Translations under genes and position numbers: made by a program
NCBI GenBank assembly: GCA_038214475.1
Contig: JBBQRV010000001.1
Location: 1-58,057 of the forward strand
Direction: 5' to 3'
DNA from: Propionibacteriales bacterium
Lineage (GTDB): Bacteria > Actinomycetota > Actinomycetes > Propionibacteriales > Nocardioidaceae
Length of the DNA stretch: 58,057 nt
The notes under the pieces: generated by a model
The model's database searches: none
Seen by the model: only the letters and a program-made list of their open reading frames with translations
What the model was told of the DNA's origin: nothing
Shown: one piece after another, positions 8,073-17,811 of the stretch
Layout of the letters: the number at the start of each line of letters is the position of its first letter
How positions within the stretch are numbered: position 1 is the stretch's first letter

Positions 8073-9407
8073 ATGCCCCGCGCCTCCCGCTTCCGTGGCC
8101 GCCGCAGCATCGTCATCGCCGTCGGCGCCCTCGCTGTCCTGCTGGCTGCGGCACCGTTCGTGCCGCGCGGCGACGACGACCACGGCGCCGTCTCGCCGTC
8201 GGCCGCCGACCCGCTGATCCTCGAGCACGCCACCGCCGGCGCGAGCGCGGTGACCCCCGCCGCGCGGGCCGAGATCGAGCGCCTGGTGGCCCAGGGACAG
8301 CGCTCCGGCCGCACGGTGAGCGCGCGTACGGCGCCCACCGCGCTGGCCTCCACCCAGGTGCGGTGCGCCGACTTCGAGGGCCAGACCTACTGCCTGCACG
8401 CCGGCTGGACCGAGGACTCCCCCGCCGCGGTGGTGGCCGGCGTGGCCGCCGAGGCCACCCGGCTGGCCGCCCGACCCACCGCCGCGCTGGCCGGCACCGG
8501 AGACCAGGACCTGCTCACCACGCTGCGCGAGAGCGCGGCTCTCAGCCCGGCGGCCCGCGCCAGCGCCGATCGCGCCGAGCTCACGCAGGCCGCCCGTGCG
8601 GTGGCCAAGGTCTGGCTGATCCGCCACCAGATCGAGGGCGTGCCGCTGCCCGCCGGCTTCCTCGACCAGCACCCCGAGGTGCGTGCCGACACCGCCCCGT
8701 CCGCCCGTACCGCTGCGAGCCCGGCCGCGAGCGCGAGCACCGCAGCCAGCGCCAGCCCGGGTGCCAGTCCGGGCGCCAGCGCGAGTGCCAGCCCGAGTGC
8801 CAGCCCGAGTGCCAGTCCCACCACGAAGTCGTGGGGTGAATACCCGGAGCGCGCCCAGATCCTGAACAAGAGGCGGGTCGCGGAGCAGACCCGCACCTAC
8901 TACTGCGGCCCGACGTCGATGCAGATGATCGGCTGGAACTGGACGGGCAAGGAGCACAGCCAGGAGTTCTGGGCCCACAAGCTCGGCACCACGTCCAGCG
9001 GCACCGCCATCACCGACATGGTGCGGGTCACGAACAACAACACCGGCTGGGACAACGCCGCCCACGCCGGGCCCTACATCGTGCTCGACGTCAAGAAGTT
9101 CACGTTCGGCCAGTGGTGGCTGCTCAACATGCGTCACCTCGTGGACTACAAGGCGCCGCTGATCTTCCACCCGGTCCTGCTCAAGCAGTTCTACCCCTAC
9201 CTCGACGACGACGCGTCGGGACACTTCCAGGTGGGTCGCGGCTACGCCAAGCGCGGCAACAAGCCCAACCTGGTGGGCTACTTCGAGCCGTGGAACCAGC
9301 AACGCTTCGACCCCTCGGAGCCGTACATCTCCCGGGTGCAGTGGCGCAACGCCTACAAGAGCTACCGCGCCAACGAGGCCCACTTCCAGCACAACATCGG
9401 GGTGTGA
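8073..9407 (+). CDS. Secreted protein with C-terminal C39-like (papain-fold) peptidase domain
   Basis: N-terminal signal/TM after RR. QTRTYYCGPTSMQM (Gln/Cys), SGHFQVGRGY (His), YFEPW (acid). Ala/Ser/Pro linker. Confidence 0.72.
   Translation: MPRASRFRGRRSIVIAVGALAVLLAAAPFVPRGDDDHGAVSPSAADPLILEHATAGASAVTPAARAEIERLVAQGQRSGRTVSARTAPTALASTQVRCADFEGQTYCLHAGWTEDSPAAVVAGVAAEATRLAARPTAALAGTGDQDLLTTLRESAALSPAARASADRAELTQAARAVAKVWLIRHQIEGVPLPAGFLDQHPEVRADTAPSARTAASPAASASTAASASPGASPGASASASPSASPSASPTTKSWGEYPERAQILNKRRVAEQTRTYYCGPTSMQMIGWNWTGKEHSQEFWAHKLGTTSSGTAITDMVRVTNNNTGWDNAAHAGPYIVLDVKKFTFGQWWLLNMRHLVDYKAPLIFHPVLLKQFYPYLDDDASGHFQVGRGYAKRGNKPNLVGYFEPWNQQRFDPSEPYISRVQWRNAYKSYRANEAHFQHNIGV
8745..8819 (+). 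repeat. 12-bp tandem repeats encoding an ASPS/ASPG linker
   Basis: GCCAGCCCGAGT at 8787 and 8799 plus degenerate flanking copies. Confidence 0.75.
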
Positions 9408-10531
9408 TGGGCGCTCGGCGGGCGGCTCAGGTCGCGGCCCGGCTGGGCGTCGGTGCAGGACTCACGCTGACCCTGGCGTCGTGCACGGGAGACAGCACCG
9501 ATCCCCCGGGACCGGAGCCCACCACGACCCAGAGCACCAGTCCGGCCACACCGGCCGGCGGACCGTCGGACGCACCCGCGCCGGCCGAACCCGAGACCCG
9601 ACTGCTCGACTGGCAGCCGCTCGACGGCCCGGCCACGTCGACGCTCACCCGGGTGGGCGACCAGACGGTCGCCGTCAACCGGGCCCAGAGCCAGGTCGAG
9701 GTGACCGGGCCCTCCGGCGGCTGGTCGCTTCCCGCGCCCAGGGGATTCCGCTACGTCGACGTGCTCGCCGACAGCAGCCGGCTGGTCGCGGTCGCCCAGG
9801 ACAACCAGGAGCAGGAGCCGGCCCGGGCCACCGTGGTCGACCTCGCCACCCGCGAGCAGCAGGTCGTCGACGGATCCTCCGACGTGCCGACGATCAGTGG
9901 TGGCACCTGGGCACTGGGCCAGGACCAGCTGCTCCATGCGACGTACGACGCCCGCGGGCGCTACTGCCTGGCCACCGTCGACCTCGCGGCCGGCACCTCG
10001 TCGGTGGGCTACTGCGCCCCGAAGCGGGTCGGCTTCTCCTCGGCGATCGCCGCTCCGGCCGGCACCAGCATGCTCACCTTCGCCGGCCAGCCGCAGTGCC
10101 GCACCCCCGTCCGGGTCGACGGCGCCTCGGTCACCCCCCTGGAGGGCGTCGCCAGCTGCACGGGCTGGGACAGCGTGCTCACGCCCACCGGCGCCGTGTG
10201 GTCGGTGGTGAAGAACCAGAACCGGGTCGAGCAGGGCGAGTTCTACGCCCGCACCGACTCCGGCTACGTCGATCTCGGGGTCGGCACCACGGGCACCCTC
10301 ACCTGGTGCGGCGACTCGGCCTACTTCGTGCGCGACTCGCAGCGCGACTCCGATCAGGCCCGGCTGCTGCGCTGGACGCCCGAGGGCACGTTGGAGGTCG
10401 TCTACGAGACGCCCGGCAAGGGCAACGCGTTCCTCGCCGAGCCCCGGTGTGCCGGCGACGCGCTCAGCCTGAGCGCCTTCTCGGAGGGCGGCGACGAGGC
10501 GGTCTGGGCCACCGTGCCGACCGACTCCTGA
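9407..10531 (+). CDS. Lipoprotein, probable beta-propeller, Cys-rich
   Basis: TGATG overlap with the upstream stop; lipobox LASC; Pro/Thr linker; beta-rich body with several Cys. Confidence 0.78.
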   Translation: MGARRAAQVAARLGVGAGLTLTLASCTGDSTDPPGPEPTTTQSTSPATPAGGPSDAPAPAEPETRLLDWQPLDGPATSTLTRVGDQTVAVNRAQSQVEVTGPSGGWSLPAPRGFRYVDVLADSSRLVAVAQDNQEQEPARATVVDLATREQQVVDGSSDVPTISGGTWALGQDQLLHATYDARGRYCLATVDLAAGTSSVGYCAPKRVGFSSAIAAPAGTSMLTFAGQPQCRTPVRVDGASVTPLEGVASCTGWDSVLTPTGAVWSVVKNQNRVEQGEFYARTDSGYVDLGVGTTGTLTWCGDSAYFVRDSQRDSDQARLLRWTPEGTLEVVYETPGKGNAFLAEPRCAGDALSLSAFSEGGDEAVWATVPTDS

Positions 10532-10577
10532 CCGCACTCGCGCGGGCACGGCCGTGCCCGCCGCCTACGCTGGGCGG

Positions 10578-11213
10578 ATGAGCGAGTTCACCGGCTTCCC
10601 CGTCGCCGCGCTGGACTTCTACGACGACCTCGAGATGGACAACACGAAGTCGTTCTGGGAGGCCCACCGGCCCGTCTACGACGAGGCGGTCAAGGCACCG
10701 ATGGCGGCGCTGGTCGCGGCCCTCGAGCCCGAGTTCGGGGCTGCGAAGGTGTTCCGCCCCTATCGTGACGTGCGCTTCGCCAAGGACAAGACGCCGTACA
10801 AGACCCACCAGGGTGCCTTCGTGGCCACCGGCCCCGCAACCGGCTTCTACGTGGAGATCGCGGCCCGCGGGATGCGGGTCGGGGCCGGCTTCTACGAGGC
10901 CGGTGGCGCCCGGCTGGCCGCGATCCGCGACGCCGTGGCCGACGACACGTCGGGGTCGCGGCTGCAGCGGGTGCTGCGCACCCTGGAGAAGTCCGGTTTC
11001 GAGATCGGCGGCGAGAAGCTGAAGACCTCGCCGCGCGGGTACGACGCCGACCACCCACGCATCGAGCTGTTGCGGCACAAGCAGCTCCTGGCCGGCAAGC
11101 CCTACGGGTTCGAGCCGTTCATCCACACCGCCGAGCTGCTGGACCGGGTGCGCGAGGACTGGCGCGCGCTGCTGCCGCTGGTGCGCTGGCTCGACGACGC
11201 CGCGGTCGAGTAG
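10578..11213 (+). CDS. DUF2461-family protein
   Basis: FTGFP..ALDF...NTKSFWEAH and FRPYRDVRFAKDKTPYKTH signatures. Confidence 0.92.
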   Translation: MSEFTGFPVAALDFYDDLEMDNTKSFWEAHRPVYDEAVKAPMAALVAALEPEFGAAKVFRPYRDVRFAKDKTPYKTHQGAFVATGPATGFYVEIAARGMRVGAGFYEAGGARLAAIRDAVADDTSGSRLQRVLRTLEKSGFEIGGEKLKTSPRGYDADHPRIELLRHKQLLAGKPYGFEPFIHTAELLDRVREDWRALLPLVRWLDDAAVE

Positions 11214-11279
11214 GTCCTATTTTCCCGCGCGACACGCGCCCTTCACCTCCCTGGCGCGTGGACGTGGCACCGTGGTGCC

Positions 11280-12395
11280 ATGGCACGTCGCAAGGTCTTC
11301 CTGCACATCGGGCTCCCCGGATCGGGGGGCGGGTTCCTCGAGCACGCCCTGCTCACCCACGCCGAGCCGCTCGAGGCGCTCGGCGTGGACGTGGTGGCCG
11401 ACTCCGTCGAGGAGCTGCTCCGCGTCGCGGTGGAGACCCGCCGCGACCACAAGGAGTGGGGCTACGCCCGCTCCGACGTCGAGGGCACCTGGGCGTCGAT
11501 GTGTCGTCGGGTGTTCCGGTCGAAGGGCGATGCGGTGGTCAGCCAGGAGCTGCTGGCCGGCGCCGACGCCGGCCAGGCCGCGCTGTTCCTCGACGGGCTG
11601 GCCGGCCGCGAGGTGCACCTGGTGCTGACCGTGCGCGACCCGGGCAGCCAGGTGGTGGCCGGCTGGGAGCGGGACGTGAAGTCGGGCGGATCGGTGTCGT
11701 TCTCACGGTTCCACCGCCGGGCGGCCGAGCCCCCCGACCGGGAGCCGAGCCGGTCGTTCTGGACCGACCAGGACCTGGTGGAGGTGCTGGACCGCTGGGC
11801 CGTGACGATCAAGCCGCACCGCGTGCACGTGATCGCGGTGCCTCCGATCGACGACCCGCGCGCCATGATCTGGGCGGCCTTCGGCGAGATCGTCGGCTTC
11901 GACCCGAGCAGCCTGTCCCCCGCGGTGGCCCGGGCCAGCCAACCCGGACTGGGCACCACCGAGGTCGCCGTGCTGCGCAGTGTCAACGAGGCCATCGACG
12001 GCCGGATCGAGGGCGCGATGCGCCGTACGGTCGTCAAGCGCTACTTCGCCGACCGGATCCTGGGCGACACCGGTGCCCGCCCGGCCGCCTCGCCGCCGGA
12101 GCTCTACGACGAGCTGCTGGAGCGGGCCGAGCGCTGGCAGAAGCGGCTGTCCAACGCGGGGTACGACGTGCACGGCGAGTCGGCGCACCTGCTGCCACTC
12201 GAGCCGGCGCGCAGCGTGCTCTCCCCCGACGACGTGCCGGCGCGCGAGCGGCTGCGCACCACCACCGACGCGCTGGCCCACGTGCTGGTCGAGGTGGCCC
12301 GGCTGCGCGAGCACAACGAACAGCTCGAGGTGCGCAACGCGAAGCTCGAGAAGAAGCGCCGCAAGCTGAAGCGCAGGCTCGCCGCCCAACCCTGA
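11280..12395 (+). CDS. Sulfotransferase-like P-loop protein with C-terminal coiled coil
   Basis: KVFLHIGLPGSG, VVSQELLA and LVLTVRDP motifs typical of the actinobacterial sulfotransferase-like family. Confidence 0.65.
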   Translation: MARRKVFLHIGLPGSGGGFLEHALLTHAEPLEALGVDVVADSVEELLRVAVETRRDHKEWGYARSDVEGTWASMCRRVFRSKGDAVVSQELLAGADAGQAALFLDGLAGREVHLVLTVRDPGSQVVAGWERDVKSGGSVSFSRFHRRAAEPPDREPSRSFWTDQDLVEVLDRWAVTIKPHRVHVIAVPPIDDPRAMIWAAFGEIVGFDPSSLSPAVARASQPGLGTTEVAVLRSVNEAIDGRIEGAMRRTVVKRYFADRILGDTGARPAASPPELYDELLERAERWQKRLSNAGYDVHGESAHLLPLEPARSVLSPDDVPARERLRTTTDALAHVLVEVARLREHNEQLEVRNAKLEKKRRKLKRRLAAQP

Positions 12396-12404
12396 CCGGC
12401 AAGG

Positions 12405-12863
12405 TCAGTGCGGCTGCCAGGCATCCTCGTCGCCGGTGCGGCTGGTGACCACGCCCGGCAGCTCGCCACTGGCCAGCTGCGCCAGGCTGACCTGCTCGAA
12501 GACGTCACGCAGCGCACTGCGGGCCGCGATCCACACGTGCTGGAGCACCTCGGCGGACTCGTCGTACCGCACCGCCTCGGGGCGCAGGCCGTAGACCGAG
12601 ACCAGCGGCCCGTCGACGGCGCGGACCACGTCGGCCACGCTCACGTCGGCGGCGCTGCCACCCAGCCGCCAGCCGCCGGACTGGCCACGCTGGCTGACCA
12701 CCACGCCGGCGCGGCGCAGGTCGGCCAGGATCGCCTGCAGGAAGCCGTGCGGGATCTGCTGCGCCCGCCCCAGCTCCTCGGCACTCACGGGACCGCCGTC
12801 GCCGCGCCGGGCGAGCTCGATCAGGGCCCGCAGGGCGTAGTCGGACTTGGCGGAGACGCGCAT
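12405..12863 (-). CDS. Rrf2-family transcriptional regulator (Cys-free)
   Basis: [39 protein letters not shown]. Confidence 0.92.
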   Translation of the reverse strand: MRVSAKSDYALRALIELARRGDGGPVSAEELGRAQQIPHGFLQAILADLRRAGVVVSQRGQSGGWRLGGSAADVSVADVVRAVDGPLVSVYGLRPEAVRYDESAEVLQHVWIAARSALRDVFEQVSLAQLASGELPGVVTSRTGDEDAWQPH

Positions 12864-12979
12864 GCGGCCAGTCTCTCAGATATCTGCACCAGCCCAGTCA
12901 ACGAACTGCGCCAAGCGCCGGGGAGCGGACGCCAGGTGAACACTCGCCGGATCGGCTTGCGTTCACCCGACCTCCGCCG

Positions 12980-13004
12980 CATACTTAAGTTACCGGTCAG
13001 TAGC
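12980..13004 (+). promoter_or_regulatory. -10 (CATACT) and imperfect palindrome GTTACCGGTCAGTAGC upstream of acyl-CoA dehydrogenase
   Basis: GTTAC-N6-GTAGC at 12989-13004, just downstream of CATACT (12980-12985); repressor-site geometry. Confidence 0.45.
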
Positions 13005-13031
13005 GGTCCCCTACATGGAAAAGGTGGGCAA

Positions 13032-14909
13032 GTGAGCCACTACAAGAGCAACCTGCGCGACATCGAGTTCAACCTCTTCGAGGTGCTCGGTCGCGACCAG
13101 GTCCTGGGCTCCGGCCCGTTCGCCGAGATCGACGTCGAGACGGCACGGTCCATCCTCGGCGAGGTCGACCGGCTGTCCCGCGAGGACCTCGCCGCCTCCT
13201 ACGAGGACTCCGACCGCAACCCGCCGGTCTTCGACCCGGCCACCGGCACCGCCGACGTGCCCGAGAGCTTCAAGAAGAGCTACCAGGCATGGATGGACGC
13301 CGAGTGGTGGCGGCTGCAGGTCATGGAGGAGCTCGGCGGCCAGCCTGCGCCGTCCTCGCTGATCTGGGCGATCGGCGAGCTGGTGCTCGGCGCCAACGCG
13401 CCGGTCTGGATGTACGCCGCCGGCCCGGCCTTCGCCAACATCGTCTACCGCAACGGCAACGAGCGGGACCAGAGGATCGCCCAGCACATGGTCGATCGCC
13501 AGTGGGGCTGCACGATGGTGCTCACCGAGCCCGACGCCGGTTCCGACGTGGGTGCGGGGCGCACGAAGGCCACCGCCAACGCCGACGGCACCTGGAACCT
13601 CGAGGGCGTCAAGCGCTTCATCACCTCGGCCGAGCACGACATGAGCGAGAACATCATGCACCTCGTGCTCGCCCGCCCCCAGGGCGTCGAGGGCGTGGGC
13701 GGCCCGGGCACCAAGGGCCTGAGCCTCTTCCTGCTGCCCAAGTGGCACTTCGACCCCGAGTCCGGCGAGCTGACCGGCGAGCGCAACGGCGTGCACGTCA
13801 CCAACGTCGAGCACAAGATGGGCATCAAGGTCTCCAACACCTGCGAGGTCACCTTCGGCGACTCCACCGTGGGTGGCGGCGAGCCGGCCCGCGGCTGGCT
13901 GCTGGGCGAGGTGCACGACGGCATCGCGCAGATGTTCCAGGTCATCGAGAACGCCCGGATGATGGTGGGCACCAAGGCCATCGCCACGCTCTCCACCGGC
14001 TACCTCAACGCCCTCGACTACGCCAAGACCCGCGTCCAGAGCGCCGACCTCACCCAGGCCGCCGACAAGACCGCCCCCCGGGTCACGATCACCCACCACC
14101 CCGACGTACGCCGCTCGCTGATGACCCAGAAGGCGTACGCCGAGGGCATGCGCGCGCTGGTGCTCTACACCGCGTCGATGCAGGACCGGGTGATGGTGGC
14201 CGCGCACGCCGGCGAGCGTGACGAGACCGCCGAGGCCGTCAACGACCTGCTGCTGCCGATCGTCAAGGGCTACGGCTCGGAGCGCTCCTGGACCCTGCTC
14301 GGCACCGAGTCGCTGCAGACCTACGGCGGCTCCGGCTTCCTGCAGGAGTACCCCATCGAGCAGTACGTCCGCGACGCCAAGATCGACACCCTCTACGAGG
14401 GCACCACGGCGATCCAGGGCCAGGACCTGTTCTTCCGCAAGATCGTGCGCGACCAGGCCACCGCCCTCGGGCAGGTGGCCGGCGAGATCGAGGCCTTCCT
14501 GCGTTCCGAGGCAGGCAACGGGCGGCTCAAGGTGGAGCGCGGCCTGCTCGCGACCGCGCTCGAGGACGGCAACGCGATGGTGTCGACGATGATCGGCCAG
14601 CTGATGTCGGCCGACGTCAACGCCGAGGGCGGGGACCTGCGCAACATCTACAAGGTCGGGCTGAACTCCTCGCGCCTGCTGATGGCGCTCGGCGACATCA
14701 TCTGCGCCTGGCTGCTGCTGCGCCAGGCCGACGTGGCGCTGACCAAGCTGGCGGGTGACGTGTCGCCGTCCGACAAGGCGTTCTACGAAGGCAAGGTGGC
14801 GGCCGCGCAGTTCTTCGCGCACTCGGTGCTGCCCAAGCTGACCGCCGAGCGCGCCATCGCCGAGTCCGTGGACCTGGCGATCATGGACCTCCCGGAGGAG
14901 TCCTTCTGA
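13032..14909 (+). CDS. fadE5: Acyl-CoA dehydrogenase, FadE5-like
   Basis: GTG start [17 protein letters not shown]; [13 protein letters not shown]; [12 protein letters not shown]; [31 protein letters not shown]. Confidence 0.9.
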   Translation: MSHYKSNLRDIEFNLFEVLGRDQVLGSGPFAEIDVETARSILGEVDRLSREDLAASYEDSDRNPPVFDPATGTADVPESFKKSYQAWMDAEWWRLQVMEELGGQPAPSSLIWAIGELVLGANAPVWMYAAGPAFANIVYRNGNERDQRIAQHMVDRQWGCTMVLTEPDAGSDVGAGRTKATANADGTWNLEGVKRFITSAEHDMSENIMHLVLARPQGVEGVGGPGTKGLSLFLLPKWHFDPESGELTGERNGVHVTNVEHKMGIKVSNTCEVTFGDSTVGGGEPARGWLLGEVHDGIAQMFQVIENARMMVGTKAIATLSTGYLNALDYAKTRVQSADLTQAADKTAPRVTITHHPDVRRSLMTQKAYAEGMRALVLYTASMQDRVMVAAHAGERDETAEAVNDLLLPIVKGYGSERSWTLLGTESLQTYGGSGFLQEYPIEQYVRDAKIDTLYEGTTAIQGQDLFFRKIVRDQATALGQVAGEIEAFLRSEAGNGRLKVERGLLATALEDGNAMVSTMIGQLMSADVNAEGGDLRNIYKVGLNSSRLLMALGDIICAWLLLRQADVALTKLAGDVSPSDKAFYEGKVAAAQFFAHSVLPKLTAERAIAESVDLAIMDLPEESF

Positions 14910-14915
14910 GCTCCG

Positions 14916-14972
14916 CCTGATCGGCCCGGCTCACCCGAGGGGTGTTTGACATCGGGGCCCGGGCTGATCAGG
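14916..14972 (+). terminator. Stem-loop after the ACAD stop
   Basis: CCTGATCGGCCCGG (14916-14929) pairs with CCGGGCTGATCAGG (14959-14972), with an inner CCCGA/TCGGG stem. Overlaps a possible TTGACA-N17-CAGGGT promoter. Confidence 0.5.
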
Positions 14973-15002
14973 GTGGGGTGTTCCCCCACACAAGGAGTAC
15001 AC

Positions 15003-15218
15003 ATGGGCATCGGCCTCGGAATCGTCCTGATCGTGATCGGCCTGGTCCTGGTCACGGGAGCGGTCGACCTGCCTGCCAGTGTCGACGACGCGATCGCGTC
15101 GGACACCATCGGCTGGATCTGCCTGGTCGTCGGCGCCCTGGCGATCGTGCTGGCTCTGGTGATGAACGCGCAGCGCTCGCGCACCACCCACGTCGAGGAG
15201 CAGCGCCGGGTCGACTGA
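15003..15218 (+). CDS. Small 2-TM membrane protein (DUF6458-like)
   Basis: AAGGAG RBS; MGIGLGIVLIVIG...IGWICLVVG. Confidence 0.8.
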   Translation: MGIGLGIVLIVIGLVLVTGAVDLPASVDDAIASDTIGWICLVVGALAIVLALVMNAQRSRTTHVEEQRRVD

Positions 15219-15221
15219 CGC

Positions 15222-16952
15222 TCAGGAGGCCCCGCCCAGGAGCAGCTCCAGCGCCGCCGCACCGTCCGCGGTGACCCGCACCGGCACGCCCCAGTCCTGC
15301 TGGTGCATCCGGCAGGCCGCGCCCTCGCCGCCGCCCTCGTCGCAGGTCGCGGCCCGGGCCGCCACGTGCAGGACACCGTCACCGACCGCGGGATCGAGCT
15401 CGAGCGTGCGCGCGAGGTCGCTGCTGCGCCCGTCACCCGCGCGCAGCAGCGACGGTGGCGTGGCCGTCACCACCAGCTGGGAGGCCGGCCCGAACCGGTC
15501 GTCGACCTTCTGGCCCGGTGGCGGGGTGAACACGACCCGCAGCGTGACCCGGGGGCCGAGGTCGGTGACCGGGCGCTGGGTGCGTGCCGCCGAGCCGTCG
15601 GCCCGCAGTGCCGCCGGGGTGACCGTGGTCAGCCGGTGCGCCGTGGACTCCACGACGACCAGGTCGGCGCCGGGGACGAAGCCCGACGGCTCGGCCAGGC
15701 CGGTCGCGATCGTGGTCAGCTCGCCGGTCACCGGGTCGAAGCGCCGTACCGCGCCGTTGTAGGTGTCGGCGACGGCCACGGTGCCGTCGCCCAGCAGGAC
15801 CACGGCCAGCGGGTGCTGGAGCAGCGCCGTCTCCCGGTCGCCGTCGCGGAACCCGAAGTCGAACAGGCCGTGCCCGACCACGGTGCGCACCTCGCCCTCC
15901 TCGACGACACGCAACGACGAGGTCTCGGCGTCGACGATCCACAGCCGGTCGCCGTCGGCGGCGAGGCCGCTGGTCTGGGCGAACCACGCCTCGGCCAGCG
16001 GGCCGTCGACCAGGCCCTCGTGGGTGGTGCCGGCGGCCACCTCGACGCTGCCGGTGCGCGGGTCGAGGGTCCACAGCTGGTGGATGCCGGCCATCGCGAC
16101 CCAGATCCGGTGCTGCCACCACACGACGTCCCACGGGCTGGAGAGCCGCGAGGTGTCGTCACCCTGCATCCACGCCGTGCCGTCGCCGGCCACGGTGCGC
16201 ACCTCGCCGGTGGCCAGGGTGACCCCGGCCAGCCGGTGCGCCACCGTGTCGGCGACGACCACGTCGTAGCCGACCTCGGCAGCGACGTCCTCGGGCAGCA
16301 GGCACAGGCCGTTGGGCTCGCGAAAGCCGGGGACGGTGCGCACGACGTGCTCCCCGTCGAGCTCGACGAGCTGGTCGTGGCCGGCATCGGCCACCAGCAC
16401 GTGTCCGTTGGGCAGCCGCACGGCCTTGGCGGGGAAGCGCAGGTCGCCGGTGTCGTCGACCGGGGCGACGTACGGCGAGTCCCCGGGCTGCAGGGTCCCC
16501 CGCTGCCGGTGCTCCTCGACCAGCTCTCCCAGGAGCGCGTCGACCGCGTGCGCATGCCCCTCGCCGGCGTACTGGGCGACGACGTAGCCCTCGGGGTCCA
16601 CGAGCACCAGCGTCGGCCAGGCCCGGGCGGCGTAGGCGTCCCAGGTGACCAGCTCGGGGTCGTCCAGCACCGGGTGGCCGACGCCGTAGCGGGCCACCGC
16701 GTCCCGCAGCGCCTCCGGGTCGGCCTCGTGCTCGAACTTCGGGCTGTGCACGCCGACCACGACCAGCTCGTCGGCGTACTTCGCCTCGACCGGGCGCAGC
16801 TCGTTGAGGACGTGCAGGCAGTTGAGGCAGCAGAAGGTCCAGAAGTCGAGCAGCACGAAGCGCCCGCGCAGGTCACGCAGCCGGATCGGCCCCTCGGTGT
16901 TGAGCCAGCCCCTGCCCAGGAGCTCGGGTGCGCGCACGGTGCGGGAGTTCAC
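15222..16952 (-). CDS. Thioredoxin-like plus NHL-repeat protein (NHLRC2/SOQ1-like)
   Basis: LLDFWTFCCLNCLH, GVHSPKFEHE, RAWPTL; NHL repeats SSPWDV, AQTSGL, QHPLAV..VADTYN. Confidence 0.9.
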   Translation of the reverse strand: MNSRTVRAPELLGRGWLNTEGPIRLRDLRGRFVLLDFWTFCCLNCLHVLNELRPVEAKYADELVVVGVHSPKFEHEADPEALRDAVARYGVGHPVLDDPELVTWDAYAARAWPTLVLVDPEGYVVAQYAGEGHAHAVDALLGELVEEHRQRGTLQPGDSPYVAPVDDTGDLRFPAKAVRLPNGHVLVADAGHDQLVELDGEHVVRTVPGFREPNGLCLLPEDVAAEVGYDVVVADTVAHRLAGVTLATGEVRTVAGDGTAWMQGDDTSRLSSPWDVVWWQHRIWVAMAGIHQLWTLDPRTGSVEVAAGTTHEGLVDGPLAEAWFAQTSGLAADGDRLWIVDAETSSLRVVEEGEVRTVVGHGLFDFGFRDGDRETALLQHPLAVVLLGDGTVAVADTYNGAVRRFDPVTGELTTIATGLAEPSGFVPGADLVVVESTAHRLTTVTPAALRADGSAARTQRPVTDLGPRVTLRVVFTPPPGQKVDDRFGPASQLVVTATPPSLLRAGDGRSSDLARTLELDPAVGDGVLHVAARAATCDEGGGEGAACRMHQQDWGVPVRVTADGAAALELLLGGAS

Positions 16953-16972
16953 AGCAGCATTCTGCCCGGGCG

Positions 16973-17551
16973 TCACCACGCGGCCAGTCCCTGCCCGACA
17001 AGCAGGAGCCCGAAGAGGGCGAACAGTGCGGTCGCACCGATCCGGATCGCCTGATCGGGGAGCCGTCGGGCCAGCAGCGCGCCGAGCGCGATGGCCAGCC
17101 CGTCGGCCAACACCATCCCCACGGTGCTGCCGAGCCAGGTCCCGAACCAGCCCTCGCGGGTCGCCAGGGTGATCGTGGCCAGCATCGTCTTGTCGCCCAG
17201 CTCGGCGAGGAAGAAGGCGACGCCCACGGCCAGCACCGCGGTGCGGGTGCTCAGCCGGGCCTGGTCGGCCTCCTCCTCGCTCAGCTCGTCACCGCGCCAG
17301 GTCCAGGCCGCGAAGCCGAGGAACGCCACCCCCGCGGCCACCGAGATCGGTGCCTGGTGGTCGGCGAACGCGGAGCCGAGCATCGCTCCCACGGCCACCG
17401 ACACCAGGTGCACCAGCGCCGTCGCGACGGTGATGCCGAAGAGCACGTCGCGGGCGCGGTAGCGAGCGGCGAAGGTCATCGCCATCAGCTGGCTCTTGTC
17501 GCCGAGCTCAGCGACGAAGATCACGGCGGTGCTGAGCAGGAACGCAGTCAT
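16973..17551 (-). CDS. TMEM165/GDT1 (UPF0016) Mn2+/Ca2+ exporter
   Basis: Two ELGDK(S/T) motifs; lies downstream of a yybP-ykoY riboswitch. Confidence 0.93.
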   Translation of the reverse strand: MTAFLLSTAVIFVAELGDKSQLMAMTFAARYRARDVLFGITVATALVHLVSVAVGAMLGSAFADHQAPISVAAGVAFLGFAAWTWRGDELSEEEADQARLSTRTAVLAVGVAFFLAELGDKTMLATITLATREGWFGTWLGSTVGMVLADGLAIALGALLARRLPDQAIRIGATALFALFGLLLVGQGLAAW

Positions 17552-17632
17552 GGGGCTCCGAGGTCGGACCGGGCGCCGACGGCGAGACGGGAGTCCCGAC
17601 GACAGGCACGCCCGGAGAAGGGTCGTCGTACC

Positions 17633-17730
17633 GGCCGAAAGTCTCGTCCGCCGCGCGAGGCGGCCCGCTGCACCGGGACCAGAAGGTCCAGCATGTCGAC
17701 ACAGCGATCGGGGACTACTCCCTTTCGCCA
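17633..17730 (-). ncRNA. yybP-ykoY manganese riboswitch
   Basis: Minus strand reads CGAAAG-GGAGTAG...GTCGACATGCTGG...CCGGTGCA...GACGAGA-CTTTCG: P1 stem plus GAGUA, ACAUGC and GAGAC elements, in the leader of a GDT1 gene. Confidence 0.85.
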
Positions 17731-17778
17731 GCCACGCTACCCGATCGCCGGTCAGGGCCGGGGTGGCAGGGTGTGCCC

Positions 17779-17811
17779 ATGGACGAGCAACAGCAGCCGG
17801 TCATCTCGTGA
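17779..17811 (+). other. Possible leaderless 10-aa uORF (MDEQQQPVIS) coupled to the SDR
   Basis: CAGGGT -10-like hexamer 6 nt before ATG 17779; its TGA overlaps the SDR GTG (GTGA). Confidence 0.35.

Noticed and set aside
7864-10531. Genomic island integrated at tRNA-Gly
   Set aside because: No integrase and no duplicated tRNA 3' end seen; codon usage is similar to the flanks.
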